A stretch of DNA of 64,000 nucleotides from a bacterium (lineage in GTDB: Bacteria > Zixibacteria > MSB-5A5 > GN15 > FEB-12): positions 1-64,000 of the forward strand of contig JBDRNJ010000083.1 of the NCBI GenBank assembly GCA_043811375.1. The letters are read 5' to 3'. The translations under genes and the position numbers were made by a program. Below the pieces are notes generated by a model. That model had not been told where the DNA came from. It was given only the letters and a program-made list of their open reading frames with translations, and searched no databases. Of this stretch, positions 47,242 through 57,262 are shown in pieces; the first letter of the stretch is position 1, and every line of letters starts with the position of its first letter.

Positions 47242-49194
47242 CTATCTCTTGATGTTCACCAGTTCATCGAGCAGACTATCGGAGGTGGTGATAATTCTGG
47301 CATTGGCCTGAAAGCCGCGCTGAGCGGTAATCATGCCGGTGAATTCCTCGGCAATATCAACTGAGGACGACTCCAGCGCTCCGGAAGTTATCTGTCCGGA
47401 GACAGTAAATCCGGCCACGCCCTCGACCGCCGCTCCGGAGTTGGCGGTTTCCAGGTACATCGACTTCCCGGCTCTTCTCAGTCCGGCCTGGTTGGTGAAA
47501 TCTGCCAGCATGATCTGGGCTAACACCCGGTTGATACCGTTGGAGAAGATGCCCGAGATGTTTCCCCCCTGATCGATCGAGACATTTTCTAAAATACCAA
47601 GACCGTACCCATCCTGCCGCATAACCGAAGCGGTATGCATACCCGAATCGAACCCGGTCAGGCCATCGAAATCATTGGCCGTACCGGCGTTGAATGTAAG
47701 CGTCAGGTTACTGGCGCCATTCCCGGGGTCAATCGTCGTCTCCTCTACCCCGCCGTTGTAAGAGAAGGTGTTCAGCGATCCGTCAGAGTTAAACATGACG
47801 TAACCGGATGAACCCGAGATCACTCTTTCCGTACCCAGCATGTTGACTGACCACTCCCAGCGATTGGTCACGGCTGACTTGAAGAACTCTATTGACAGCG
47901 TATGTTTGCCGCCCTGAGAGTCATAAACGCTGACCGACATGGCATGGGTGGTATCATCAGTATCGATGATCAACTCACTGCCGGGGCTGGTAGCTGCCAG
48001 TTGCCCCCCGGTGCCGCAGGAAATTGTAATGCCCCCGCCGCCAAGTCCGTCGATCCCCGTGACCAGACCGGTCTCCTTGTCGAAAACCAGATCCAGAGTG
48101 GATGATACGGGACCTGCAGCAGGACCGGTCCCCTGGGTGGGCATGAAACTGTCAATAGCCACGAACGTTGATGCGGCGCCACCGGTGGAACTGAAAGTGG
48201 ATCCGGCCGCTGAACCAAACGTAAATACCTGATCTACAATGTTGCCTGCGGTTGACGCTGAAGAAACAAAACTGTAATCAGTGGGCGCACCGGCTTTGTC
48301 GCGGGTTATTAAAACCTCGCCGCTACCGGTCAGTTCTGCCGTCAATCCGGAGAACTGGTTGATGGTGCTGATCAGATCGGAAATCGTCGAATTGGCCGTC
48401 AGGCCTGAGATTGTCTCCGTTCGCGATCCGTCTATCGTCAACGACCAGTCGGCAAAAGCCGTGACACCGATACCGCCAAGGGTGGAAGACAGCGAAAGGC
48501 CGTTGCGAGCCCCGGTGAAGGCTGCCTGCTGGGCCTGGGCTCCGGTAATAGTGATGGTATGGCGACCACCAACGCCATCGGCGGCAATGCCGGTTACATT
48601 GGAGACACCCGAAGTACCCGTCTGGAAGATGGTCGGCTGCGAATCGGAGGCAGCCGCGTTGAGGTTTTTGCCAAGATTGACAGTTTCGGTGGCCCGGGCC
48701 GGGTCCTGCTGCCCGAAGGGCAAATTAATGCGTCCGATGGTTGTCAGCGATGAGATGACTCCGGCAGAATCGGCCATTTTCCCCTGGACGTACAACCCGG
48801 TAGCGATATCAATCATGTCGGAGTTAGCGTCAAAACCGAAGGCCCCGGCCCGCGTGTAGAAAGTGTTGTCGTTGCCGTCACCCAGGATAAAGAACCCGGA
48901 TCCCTGGATAGCCAGGTCGGTAATTTGGCCGGTTACTTCCAGGCCGCCTTGCTGGAACAGGTTATCAACTGATCCCACCTGCATACCCAGTCCCAGTTGG
49001 ACCGGGTTGGTGCCGCCGGTAATCGAAGAGGGCCGGCCGGCTCCTTTGTAGGTCTGTACCAGCGCTTCCTGGAAATTGACTCGGCTGCGTTTGTAGCCGA
49101 TGGTGTTGATGTTTGCGATGTTGTTCGCAATCACGTTCATCTTGACCTGGTGGTTCTTAAGACCGGAAACACCAGAAAACAGTGATGCCATCAT
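47242..49194 (-). CDS. flgE: Flagellar hook protein FlgE (long form)
   Basis: SGVSGL..NNIANINT.GYK; YTRAG.F; LESSSVDIAEEF..QRGFQANAR. Confidence 0.95.
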   Translation of the reverse strand: MMASLFSGVSGLKNHQVKMNVIANNIANINTIGYKRSRVNFQEALVQTYKGAGRPSSITGGTNPVQLGLGMQVGSVDNLFQQGGLEVTGQITDLAIQGSGFFILGDGNDNTFYTRAGAFGFDANSDMIDIATGLYVQGKMADSAGVISSLTTIGRINLPFGQQDPARATETVNLGKNLNAAASDSQPTIFQTGTSGVSNVTGIAADGVGGRHTITITGAQAQQAAFTGARNGLSLSSTLGGIGVTAFADWSLTIDGSRTETISGLTANSTISDLISTINQFSGLTAELTGSGEVLITRDKAGAPTDYSFVSSASTAGNIVDQVFTFGSAAGSTFSSTGGAASTFVAIDSFMPTQGTGPAAGPVSSTLDLVFDKETGLVTGIDGLGGGGITISCGTGGQLAATSPGSELIIDTDDTTHAMSVSVYDSQGGKHTLSIEFFKSAVTNRWEWSVNMLGTERVISGSSGYVMFNSDGSLNTFSYNGGVEETTIDPGNGASNLTLTFNAGTANDFDGLTGFDSGMHTASVMRQDGYGLGILENVSIDQGGNISGIFSNGINRVLAQIMLADFTNQAGLRRAGKSMYLETANSGAAVEGVAGFTVSGQITSGALESSSVDIAEEFTGMITAQRGFQANARIITTSDSLLDELVNIKR

Positions 49195-49285
49195 GGTTTG
49201 GTTCCTCCTGCATGGTTGCAGGGCCTCTCCATCACAATGGAGTCCAGCCCGGAATATATTGTTGTTTGTTGTTTCATTCTAATTC

Positions 49286-49690
49286 TCAAAGAATTACCGC
49301 CGAGTCGATTGATGTAACTACTCCCTGATGTAACTGGTCGCGATCAAAGGCGGTGATGATTGTTCGATTCTCCACCGACACGACAAAAGCCATGTCGTCG
49401 GCCAGCACCAGGGTCTCACGGGAGCCCTTCTGACCGGCCTTGTCTATAGCCTCGGCGATACGACCCAGTTGTACTTCAGACAGCTCGATACCGCGTGAGA
49501 ACATCCGCTGGTGGGCATGACGGGAAACACTGAGTTGATGTGAGGTGGCTATTTCGCGTGAGAACATCTCCTTAAACGACGATGATTTCCCCGACCGCTG
49601 CAACTCAGCCGGCTTATCTCGCTGCGCCAGCTCTACCAGGTTGACCGGTTGCTCCCGGCAATCAATTCTCATTTGTTCCACGGTACTCAT
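49286..49690 (-). CDS. TIGR02530-type flagellar operon protein
   Basis: SRHAHQRM..RGI..KGSRETLVL..FVVSVENRTIITA..TSIDSAVI. Confidence 0.88.
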   Translation of the reverse strand: MSTVEQMRIDCREQPVNLVELAQRDKPAELQRSGKSSSFKEMFSREIATSHQLSVSRHAHQRMFSRGIELSEVQLGRIAEAIDKAGQKGSRETLVLADDMAFVVSVENRTIITAFDRDQLHQGVVTSIDSAVIL

Positions 49691-49732
49691 CTTCCTGATT
49701 GTCCCGGCCGGTATCGCTCTTGTGAAACTACA

Positions 49733-50428
49733 CTAACCATCATCTGAGAATATCCCTCTCTCACCGATAGCGGTGACATCTCCCAGCGGAATCTCCACTC
49801 CCTGAACTCTCAGATAGGCCAGACCCTCACGATAAACGACGGCTTCCACGGTTCCTGCCAGCGTCAATTGCGGCGTGAAGGCTTGTCCGGAACCGTCGAT
49901 GGCTGAGACCTCGACCGAGTAATTGCCGTCCGCAACGCGGTTGCCCAATTCATCTTTCCCATCCCACGTGAGTGTGTGGGCACCGGGAGCAACATCATCT
50001 TCATTAAACGTAGCCACCGCATGACCGCCGGCATCCCTGATGGTCAGAGTTACTTCACCGGCATAGTCCGACGTGGTGTATGATATTCGGGGTGTATTAT
50101 CACCTTGAATGTAGACGTTGCTGAATGAAGCCTGAATATCCTTACCCACGAAACCGGCGGCCATGGAATTGTTCAGGGACCGCATCTGCAGGTAGTCGAG
50201 TTGGTTGGCTTCGGTGATGGCGTCGGCAATGTTGCTCATTTGTTCCAGACTGGAAAACTGGGCCAGTTGCGCCACGAATGCTTCATCATCCATCGGCTTC
50301 AGCGGATCCTGGTTCTGCAGTTTGGTCACCAGCAACATCAGAAAATCATCCTTGCCCAGCGACCTCAACCCGCCCGTGGGCGGGGTGGCTTCGGCAGTAC
50401 TTGTCTGAACCGGTAGTATGGATTCCAT
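49733..50428 (-). CDS. flgD: Hook capping protein FlgD
   Basis: LGKDDFLMLLVTKLQNQDPLKPMD..QLAQFSSLEQ; WDGKD..G. Confidence 0.96.
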   Translation of the reverse strand: MESILPVQTSTAEATPPTGGLRSLGKDDFLMLLVTKLQNQDPLKPMDDEAFVAQLAQFSSLEQMSNIADAITEANQLDYLQMRSLNNSMAAGFVGKDIQASFSNVYIQGDNTPRISYTTSDYAGEVTLTIRDAGGHAVATFNEDDVAPGAHTLTWDGKDELGNRVADGNYSVEVSAIDGSGQAFTPQLTLAGTVEAVVYREGLAYLRVQGVEIPLGDVTAIGERGIFSDDG

Positions 50429-50440
50429 AACATTATTCTC

Positions 50441-51919
50441 CTATGCTAACAGATTAACGCCACTACTTCCCACGTACGAAGACGGTGGCGGCATTGGCAC
50501 TGTCGTTGCCGACGATTCTGAATCGCCGAGGACATCGTTAAGGTTGAAGCGATCTGCTCTGCCGGACCGATATCGGAAGTTCCGGTGCCGTTGTAACAGT
50601 TCATCACGAGTGTTTTCACCACCGACGGTAACTTCAATATGGTCAACTTCTATTTTTGCCAGTGACAATTGCTCCACCAGACGATCAAGTGATGCCTCCA
50701 CCGCCGCTTTGGCGGCGAAATCGCCGACCACTACCCGCGCTCGCAAACGACCGTCCATCATCGACAATGTCAGCTTGGCCGGTCCCAGGTTATCAGGCTG
50801 GATACGCAATGTTACAGCCCGGCCATTGGGTTGCAATGTCGAATGAATGTTTTCCGGCAATGTGAACCGCACCGGCTGAATATCGTGCCTTTCCGAACCA
50901 CGAGCGGGAGGTGTCGTCGATAGTTCTGTAATAGTAGCGAAGTCCTGCTTTTCCATACCGGTAGTTGCCTGGTTCCATTCCATCACGGATTTCCCACCAC
51001 CAGCCGTTGATTCGTTCATTAGTGGATTTCGAGATCCGTTATCGACGGAGACCAGCCGCACAGCGTCGGCAGGAGTTACCGGACGTATCGACAATTCTGT
51101 ATCATTCATGGTGACCGCTCTGGCAGCGGCTCCGTCTTCCTTCGTTCCCTGAGACGTTTCCTTTACTTTCATGAGGCGCTGGTGGGCCGGAATCAGCCGG
51201 GGAAGGAAACTCTGAATGATAGGCATTTGACTTTCGGAATCGGGCACCGCAGCCTTCGGAGTCGATTCGCCGGCGACAGCAGACAGCCGGCTGTCATTGG
51301 CGGGTGTGATTTCAATCTCAGTCAAATTAAGACGGGAAACAAACGAATCCAGTCGCGGTTGACCTGTTGTTGCCCGTCTGTCCCGAACGATAATATCTTT
51401 CGCAGATTGCCCCACGCGTGCAAAAACAAGGGGATTCTCAGCGTTGCGCGGTTCTGAAACAACAACCGGTTTCTCCACAACGCCGGTGTCCGACTCACTT
51501 TCGACAGTGACCAACGGCATCTGCAAGTGTTCGGCTACCCGGGGTTTGACAATCCCCATACCTAATTCGGTTGGGATCGTCACTTCCCCAGGTGAGCCTA
51601 ATAAATATTCACTCGAAACCTCCCGGACCAAACCGGGCACTGGCATGGAAAACTGGCGTTGCGACTCGGGAAGAATCTCCCCTGATCGGTTCTCAACAAA
51701 TCTGATCGGCAACAGAACTTCCTGATCCTGACACGGAGTTGCACCGGCAGGTATATCAATAATGTTGCCATTGGACCCAACGGTCGTCGCTAAACCAGCC
51801 AGCACATCATCAAAGAGCACATCGGCAACCGGCTCGACCGTAGTCGACGACGAGGGTAATCCGGTAAGATTGTTACCACCGAGCAGCAGGTCGAATATGT
51901 TTTGGCCGGGATTGAGCAT
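50441..51919 (-). CDS. fliK: Hook-length control protein FliK
   Basis: Low-complexity body, C-terminal LRIQPDNLG; precedes flgD. Confidence 0.85.
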   Translation of the reverse strand: MLNPGQNIFDLLLGGNNLTGLPSSSTTVEPVADVLFDDVLAGLATTVGSNGNIIDIPAGATPCQDQEVLLPIRFVENRSGEILPESQRQFSMPVPGLVREVSSEYLLGSPGEVTIPTELGMGIVKPRVAEHLQMPLVTVESESDTGVVEKPVVVSEPRNAENPLVFARVGQSAKDIIVRDRRATTGQPRLDSFVSRLNLTEIEITPANDSRLSAVAGESTPKAAVPDSESQMPIIQSFLPRLIPAHQRLMKVKETSQGTKEDGAAARAVTMNDTELSIRPVTPADAVRLVSVDNGSRNPLMNESTAGGGKSVMEWNQATTGMEKQDFATITELSTTPPARGSERHDIQPVRFTLPENIHSTLQPNGRAVTLRIQPDNLGPAKLTLSMMDGRLRARVVVGDFAAKAAVEASLDRLVEQLSLAKIEVDHIEVTVGGENTRDELLQRHRNFRYRSGRADRFNLNDVLGDSESSATTVPMPPPSSYVGSSGVNLLA

Positions 51920-52657
51920 TTACTTCTCGGCAATCGTTATCATCCGTTTGGAAAGTTTGGCTCCCCGTTGGGGGGGCAGCAACTGCAACACCGCCGAAGC
52001 ATTCTTGATTTTCATGCGGGGCAGGATCGAAACAACCGTTTCGTCATCGAGATTGGCCATCAGTTGCGCCACCGACCGGGAATCCATGCCGTCATACAGC
52101 TTGGCTAAACTGGCAATTCGTGACGACTCGACCTGCTCGATGCGCAATATCTTCTGGGTAACCTGCAAATCCAGTCGTTGAAGTTCCTTCTCGCGAGAAC
52201 TCAGATCTGCCTCCCTGACCGCCAGGGCAGCCTTTTCCTGCTCCAGCCAGTTGACGGCTTCAATTGAATCTTCAGCCGACATGACTATTTCTTCGCCCTC
52301 AACTTCACTTAGATCAGGCTCGTAGTCGAGCACGGCCAGGTTTTCCATAATTTTGTCAAGTACGTCCTGGCTTAATTCTTCGGTCTGAGAGTCGTCTTGA
52401 GGTTCAGGTTCATGCGGGTGTTCCGACTGCTCGACGGCGGTTATTTCTTCTGAATCGTCCTGGTCGACCTGTACAGACGGCTCCTCGCCACCCATCAGCA
52501 TCAGGGTACCGAATGCTATCACCACTACCAGTACCAACCCGGCAATACCGAAGATGATGTACTTGATAAGACCGCTCTTGCTCTTGCCGGATGAGGTCTT
52601 GCCCTCTTCGGGCTCGGCAGCGTCAGCAGCTTCTTTGTTTTTTTCTTCGTCAGTCAC
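51920..52657 (-). CDS. MotE/YlxF/FlbB-like protein (TM, coiled coil, MgtE_N-like domain)
   Basis: LAKLYDGMD...A.L..L....IL..MK...A.VL; start GTG 52657 after GGAG. Confidence 0.8.
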   Translation of the reverse strand: MTDEEKNKEAADAAEPEEGKTSSGKSKSGLIKYIIFGIAGLVLVVVIAFGTLMLMGGEEPSVQVDQDDSEEITAVEQSEHPHEPEPQDDSQTEELSQDVLDKIMENLAVLDYEPDLSEVEGEEIVMSAEDSIEAVNWLEQEKAALAVREADLSSREKELQRLDLQVTQKILRIEQVESSRIASLAKLYDGMDSRSVAQLMANLDDETVVSILPRMKIKNASAVLQLLPPQRGAKLSKRMITIAEK

Positions 52658-52698
52658 GCATATACTCCGCGCAATACTATTTTCCCATCGCACTGCTA

Positions 52699-52714
52699 AG
52701 CAACGTCCGTGCCA
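52699..52714 (-). promoter_or_regulatory. sigma54 promoter heading the flagellar operon
   Basis: Perfect TGGCAC-GGACG-TTGCT about 40 bp upstream of the start codon. Confidence 0.8.
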
Positions 52715-53437
52715 TCCTCGCTCAGCGCATTGTATGTCATTGTGTGAGTGATGGTTGGCATTGTCTGCGCCTTCACGCGCAGACAGCCGCACGATCAACA
52801 ACCAGAATTATTTTCCATTGGATTCGGGAAAAATGTGTCGTCACACGGAATAAGGCTGTCCCGGGAAGTCCATCTGGCTCGTCCCCGGACGAGATGTGAC
52901 TCTGGTGGGCATAGTTCACAATCCGGTGTTGTGGCAATTCTACTGGAATTCCCTGGATATAGGCAAACCGAAAATGGTCGCCATTGTCGCCTGTATAAGA
53001 AAGGAAGGAAGGTCTCACAGAGACCCGCCAGACCACAAGTGGCTTTTATGACAAGTTCCGTAGATCAGTTCCAACCAGACTGGTAACAGTACAAACCGGC
53101 GGGTGGCCCCTTCAAACTTGTTTGGAGGGGGAACAACACGAGAAAAAGTAGGTCGGGTTCCGAACGAAACGAAGTGAGGCGAGACACCCCGACACGTCCA
53201 GACTCGTAAACCGAGCGTGACCTGACGGAACACATCTGCTACAAAACCTGTGGTTTCCGCCGGTCCGTCCCGCAATTGTACACGACTTCGTCCCCATACA
53301 CGGATTTGAGTCCGGCAACCACTTTCGGAGGTGAAAAAAGCTAAATTACGAAACAAACCCATTTTCATGTAAACGGTCGGGTGGGTTCTTACTGGGATAC
53401 AAACCGGGCACACAGGTAACAGCTCAAAACATGGCAC

Positions 53438-53471
53438 AAAAAAAAGGAGCTTCCGAGATTTCGGAAACTCC
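53438..53471 (-). terminator. Intrinsic terminator
   Basis: GGAGTTTCCGA-AATC-TCGGAAGCTCC followed by T8 on the minus strand. Confidence 0.8.
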
Positions 53472-53547
53472 TCTTAGCATCCCCACCTGCTAAGTACCCT
53501 TCACCGCCTCACGAGCAATGTTTATGTAACAGAGTAACTAACTCCAC
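53438..53547 (-). ncRNA. Candidate ~110-nt sRNA
   Basis: sigma54-like TTGGCAC-AACAG-TTGT at 53558-74, internal hairpin CTTAGCA-GGTGGGGA-TGCTAAG, terminator, no ORF. Confidence 0.4.
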
Positions 53548-53818
53548 GCTTTATTGTAACAACTGTTGTGCCAATGTCGGTACTGGCCACATATTTGCAC
53601 GTAACTCTCTTTCAAACAGCGTCTTATAATTGGGAGCCATTATAAAACTGCCTACGGGTAACAGATCGTAACGCAGCTTCTGCGCACACAAGCAAATCCG
53701 GGATTTGCAATAAGACCTATATAAGCTATTAGTATGTAATATGTTAATATAGAATTACCAAAACCGCCGGTCACAAAGCAGATTCGGTGGTGGTTGGCGG
53801 CGACCGCTAACTTCTGCG

Positions 53819-55225
53819 TCAATCCGGCTTCTTTGCGACGTGAACAGACATACCGTGCACATCGTGAGCGGCTTCCATTATCGATTCGGAGATAACCGGA
53901 TGCCCGAAAACGGCCGCACCCAGTTCACGCGCCGTCATCCCTTGTCTGAGCGCCAGGGCGGCGGTATGGATGATTTCCGTAGCGTGTGCGCCAACTATAT
54001 GTACACCAAGAATTTTGTCCGTATCCCGGTCGGCAATAATCTTGACTTCACCGGCTATTTCATTTTCAGCGTGAGCTTTCCCCAACGCTCGCATGGGAAA
54101 TCGGCCAACGGCAATATCGTGATTCTCTGACGCCCGGGCTTCGGTGAGACCGACCGAGGCAACTTCGGGGTGGGTAAAAATCACCGATGGCACCCCGGCG
54201 TAGTCCTTGCGGCGGTTCCCGCCCAGCGCATTGTCTACTGCAATCTCACCATCATGGACCGCCGTGTAGGCCAGCATGATTTCTCCCCGGACATCTCCGA
54301 CGGCATAGACGTTGTCAACGTCGGTGCGCATGTCTTCGCCGGTTGCAATCGAGCCGTTGTCATTGAGTTGCACCCCGACATCCGACAGACCCAGCCCTTC
54401 GGTGTTAAAGGCGCGCCCGACCGCCACCAGCACCTGCTCAACCGGAACCTGCCGGTCAGGTGAAATATGGGCGGTAATCTGATCGGGGCCAACTTCAACG
54501 CCGGTCACGCCGGTACCGGTGTACAGCTTGATCTTCCGTTTCTTCAGTTCGCGTTCGATCAACCGGGAAACATCAACGTCTTCCATTGGCAGCGCGCTGT
54601 CAAGCATCTCCACCAGGGTGACTTTGACATCCAGCATCGACAGCATAAACGCCCACTCACAGCCGATGACACCGGCCCCGACGATGAGAATCGATTCCGG
54701 CAGCCGCCGGGATTGAAGCAGATGATCAGTAGTAACTATCTGTCGGCCATCGATCGCCAAACCGGCCAGATCTCGTGATCGCGAACCGGTGGCAATAATG
54801 ATGTTGTCCGCCTGAAGCTCCAGCCCCTCCCCCTGATCATCGATGACAGATACCTGATTGCGGGACGTCAGTCGGCCGCGTCCCTTGAAATGCGTTACTC
54901 CATGTGATTTGAATAGCTGGCCGATGCCACCGACCATGGACGAGACAATTTTATCCTTACGCTGCTGCATGGTCGGCCAGTCGTAACCGGGCGGTTGGGG
55001 GGTGATCAATCCCATCGCGGACGCGTTTTTCAGCCGGTCATAGAGCAAAGCTGATGCAATGAGCGCTTTGGACGGGATACAGCCGCTGTTGAGACAGACA
55101 CCTCCCAGCTTGTCGGCCTCCACTACGGCCACCCCGGCGCCCTTCAGAGCGGCACGAATGGCAGCCGTGTAGCCGCCGGGACCGCCACCGATAATCACAA
55201 TGTCGTAGCTTTTTATGGTTTTCAC
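53819..55225 (-). CDS. lpdA: Dihydrolipoyl dehydrogenase
   Basis: GGGPGG, GGVCLNSGCIPSK, GAGVIG.E, HPVISE. Confidence 0.95.
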   Translation of the reverse strand: MKTIKSYDIVIIGGGPGGYTAAIRAALKGAGVAVVEADKLGGVCLNSGCIPSKALIASALLYDRLKNASAMGLITPQPPGYDWPTMQQRKDKIVSSMVGGIGQLFKSHGVTHFKGRGRLTSRNQVSVIDDQGEGLELQADNIIIATGSRSRDLAGLAIDGRQIVTTDHLLQSRRLPESILIVGAGVIGCEWAFMLSMLDVKVTLVEMLDSALPMEDVDVSRLIERELKKRKIKLYTGTGVTGVEVGPDQITAHISPDRQVPVEQVLVAVGRAFNTEGLGLSDVGVQLNDNGSIATGEDMRTDVDNVYAVGDVRGEIMLAYTAVHDGEIAVDNALGGNRRKDYAGVPSVIFTHPEVASVGLTEARASENHDIAVGRFPMRALGKAHAENEIAGEVKIIADRDTDKILGVHIVGAHATEIIHTAALALRQGMTARELGAAVFGHPVISESIMEAAHDVHGMSVHVAKKPD

Positions 55226-55298
55226 TCCTTGGTCAGGCGCTGTCTTTCAACAGTTACAATTTATGACACCCGGACCGCCAGGCAAGTCCGTGATTGAC

Positions 55299-55329
55299 AA
55301 AAAAAGACCGGCCGTAAATCCGGCCGGCC
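55299..55329 (-). terminator. Intrinsic terminator after the lipoprotein gene
   Basis: GGCCGGCCG-GATTTA-CGGCCGGTC followed by T7. Confidence 0.7.
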
Positions 55330-55350
55330 CGAAGTGTCAATTTCAGGTGA

Positions 55351-55899
55351 TCAGGCTCCCGCCGACAAGGTCACTATCACCCGCAGGGAATCCACGGTGA
55401 CATCGACACTGGGTGTTTTCAACATAACAAAAGCCTTAAAAGTTCCGTTTTTAACCAGGCCTTTAAGAATCCCGGTATTGATCAGATACTTAAACGACTG
55501 CCCATAGGAGATGTGAGTTTTATTCGTGGCCAGAGGCAACTCCTTGATCACCTGGGTGGCACTATCACTCACTTCGGTCCTGGTTGACAAGCTGTCCAGG
55601 GATGAAGTTGTATTGGTTGCGTATACGTTAATAGTATTGGTCGTGCCGGAGTTGTTGGTCGCCCACAACTCAAATCCAACTACATCAATGTTTTTGATAT
55701 TATCTCCATGGTCTTTCCAGACGCTCTCCTCGGTCAGATCAACCTCATCGTAATAGAAATCGTTATTGTAGACAAGGTCCTTGTCCTTGTAGAGCATAAT
55801 CGACAGCACAAAGGTCCCGCTGACCAGACAACCGGCCAAAACGAGGGTTATAACTGCGACAGCGGCCATCGAGTACTTTTTTGTTCTATAATTCTTCAT
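55351..55899 (-). CDS. Hypothetical lipoprotein
   Basis: LAGC lipobox, GAGGAGG RBS. Confidence 0.75.
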   Translation of the reverse strand: MKNYRTKKYSMAAVAVITLVLAGCLVSGTFVLSIMLYKDKDLVYNNDFYYDEVDLTEESVWKDHGDNIKNIDVVGFELWATNNSGTTNTINVYATNTTSSLDSLSTRTEVSDSATQVIKELPLATNKTHISYGQSFKYLINTGILKGLVKNGTFKAFVMLKTPSVDVTVDSLRVIVTLSAGA

Positions 55900-55909
55900 A
55901 GCCGCCTCC

Positions 55910-56476
55910 TCACAGTCCGAAGTAGTAGTTTAGGCCGCCGATCAACGAAGCAGCCTTTTTTGATGCGCCGCCCTCAGATGATACTACGACCAGCTTGGCA
56001 CGGAAATCCAGACTGACCGACTGTGCCACACCTGCCTCGACACCGAAACCGGCTGACCACCCCAAGTCGGTGGATGGTTCACGTACTTCGTCACCATCAA
56101 CAGTCTTCTGGCTGCTATTATAGAAACCAATGCCGAACAGCCCGTATGGCTTGACTCCCTCGGCTCCGAATGGTGCGCCCAGGGTAGCATCGACACCGTA
56201 GGCAGTTACTTTCGAGCCGTCAATGTAATCTTTGATGAGCTTTTCTTTGGGCTCACCAAAGCTGGTGAAATGGACATTCGGTTCCAGCGCCACAGCCTTC
56301 ATCAGCTTCACCCGGCCGCGGAATCCGAAAATCATACCCTGCGACTGGTCTTCCTGGACAACCGGAAAGTCCATACCAATCGCTGTGCCGAGTCCCAGTT
56401 GCATATTCCCCGCCGCCACCGGCTGCGCCATCAGGATCAGGATCAGCAACACCAACATTCCTAACTGCTTACCCAT
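55910..56476 (-). CDS. Outer-membrane beta-barrel protein
   Basis: Signal peptide; KPYGLFGIGFY, LGWSAGFGVE, GLNYYF. Confidence 0.8.
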   Translation of the reverse strand: MGKQLGMLVLLILILMAQPVAAGNMQLGLGTAIGMDFPVVQEDQSQGMIFGFRGRVKLMKAVALEPNVHFTSFGEPKEKLIKDYIDGSKVTAYGVDATLGAPFGAEGVKPYGLFGIGFYNSSQKTVDGDEVREPSTDLGWSAGFGVEAGVAQSVSLDFRAKLVVVSSEGGASKKAASLIGGLNYYFGL

Positions 56477-56597
56477 TAAGCCTCCAGATGTAAAATAACA
56501 GTATGTAAAATATCAGTAAACTAATCACTATATTTACTGTAGAAGGGTGAATTGTCAAGCCAAAATCAAGAAAAGCTCTATATTTTACAGATTTCGC

Positions 56598-56666
56598 TTG
56601 ACATCCCGGTCGTATGGTTTATTTTCGCAATACTTTATTAAACAAAATAGTAGTGTTTATTAAACA
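56598..56666 (+). promoter_or_regulatory. sigma70 promoter plus paired operators for the polyamine operon
   Basis: TTGACA-N16-TATTTT; palindrome TGTTTATTAAACA at 56654-66 and near-copy at 56632-44. Confidence 0.6.
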
Positions 56667-56691
56667 GGCACTCAATCCAACGGGACTTCTG

Positions 56692-57234
56692 GTGAGACTG
56701 AGAATTGGCAGCAAAATACGGTCGCTACGCCTGGCTTCGGAACTGACCCAGGAGGAATTGGCCAACCGGGCGCGCTTGACCAAGGGTTTCATTTCCCAAC
56801 TGGAGAACGACCAGACATCGATCTCACTGGACTCGCTGGCTGACATTCTCGATGCCCTGGGAGTCAGCCTGTCGGAGTTTTTTTCTGATTCAGCCGAGGC
56901 ACAGGTGGTGTTCCATCCTGCTCAGAGGGTCTCCGTTGACGGACAGGGGGCCAGCCGTTTTGAATTGCTGATTCCGGGTTCCACCAACAACCTGATGGAC
57001 CCTATCCTGGTGGAACTGCAACCGGGTGAGAGCCTTGAGGGTCGCGGGCCTCTTTCGGGAGAGCAGTTTGGCTACGTCATAAAAGGAACTATGACTCTGA
57101 AGGTGAACAAGAAAGTACTTAAAGTACCACGGCGACATTGTTTCTACTTCAAGTCCGACCGGCCTCATCAAATTATGAATAACAGCGGCAGCACCGTATC
57201 CTTCCTGTGGGTAACCTCGCCGCCGCACATGTAA
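56692..57234 (+). CDS. XRE-HTH/cupin transcription regulator (PuuR-like)
   Basis: LTQEELANRARLTKGFISQLEND; cupin GEQFGYVIKG; start probably GTG 56692. Confidence 0.9.
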   Translation: MRLRIGSKIRSLRLASELTQEELANRARLTKGFISQLENDQTSISLDSLADILDALGVSLSEFFSDSAEAQVVFHPAQRVSVDGQGASRFELLIPGSTNNLMDPILVELQPGESLEGRGPLSGEQFGYVIKGTMTLKVNKKVLKVPRRHCFYFKSDRPHQIMNNSGSTVSFLWVTSPPHM

Positions 57235-57262
57235 CTTTGACCGATCGAAGGAGGAATCAACT

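Noticed and set aside
52962..52983. c-di-GMP-I riboswitch-like GGCAAACC..GAAA
   Set aside because: Wrong strand for the flagellar operon and lacks the GCAAA/P2 elements
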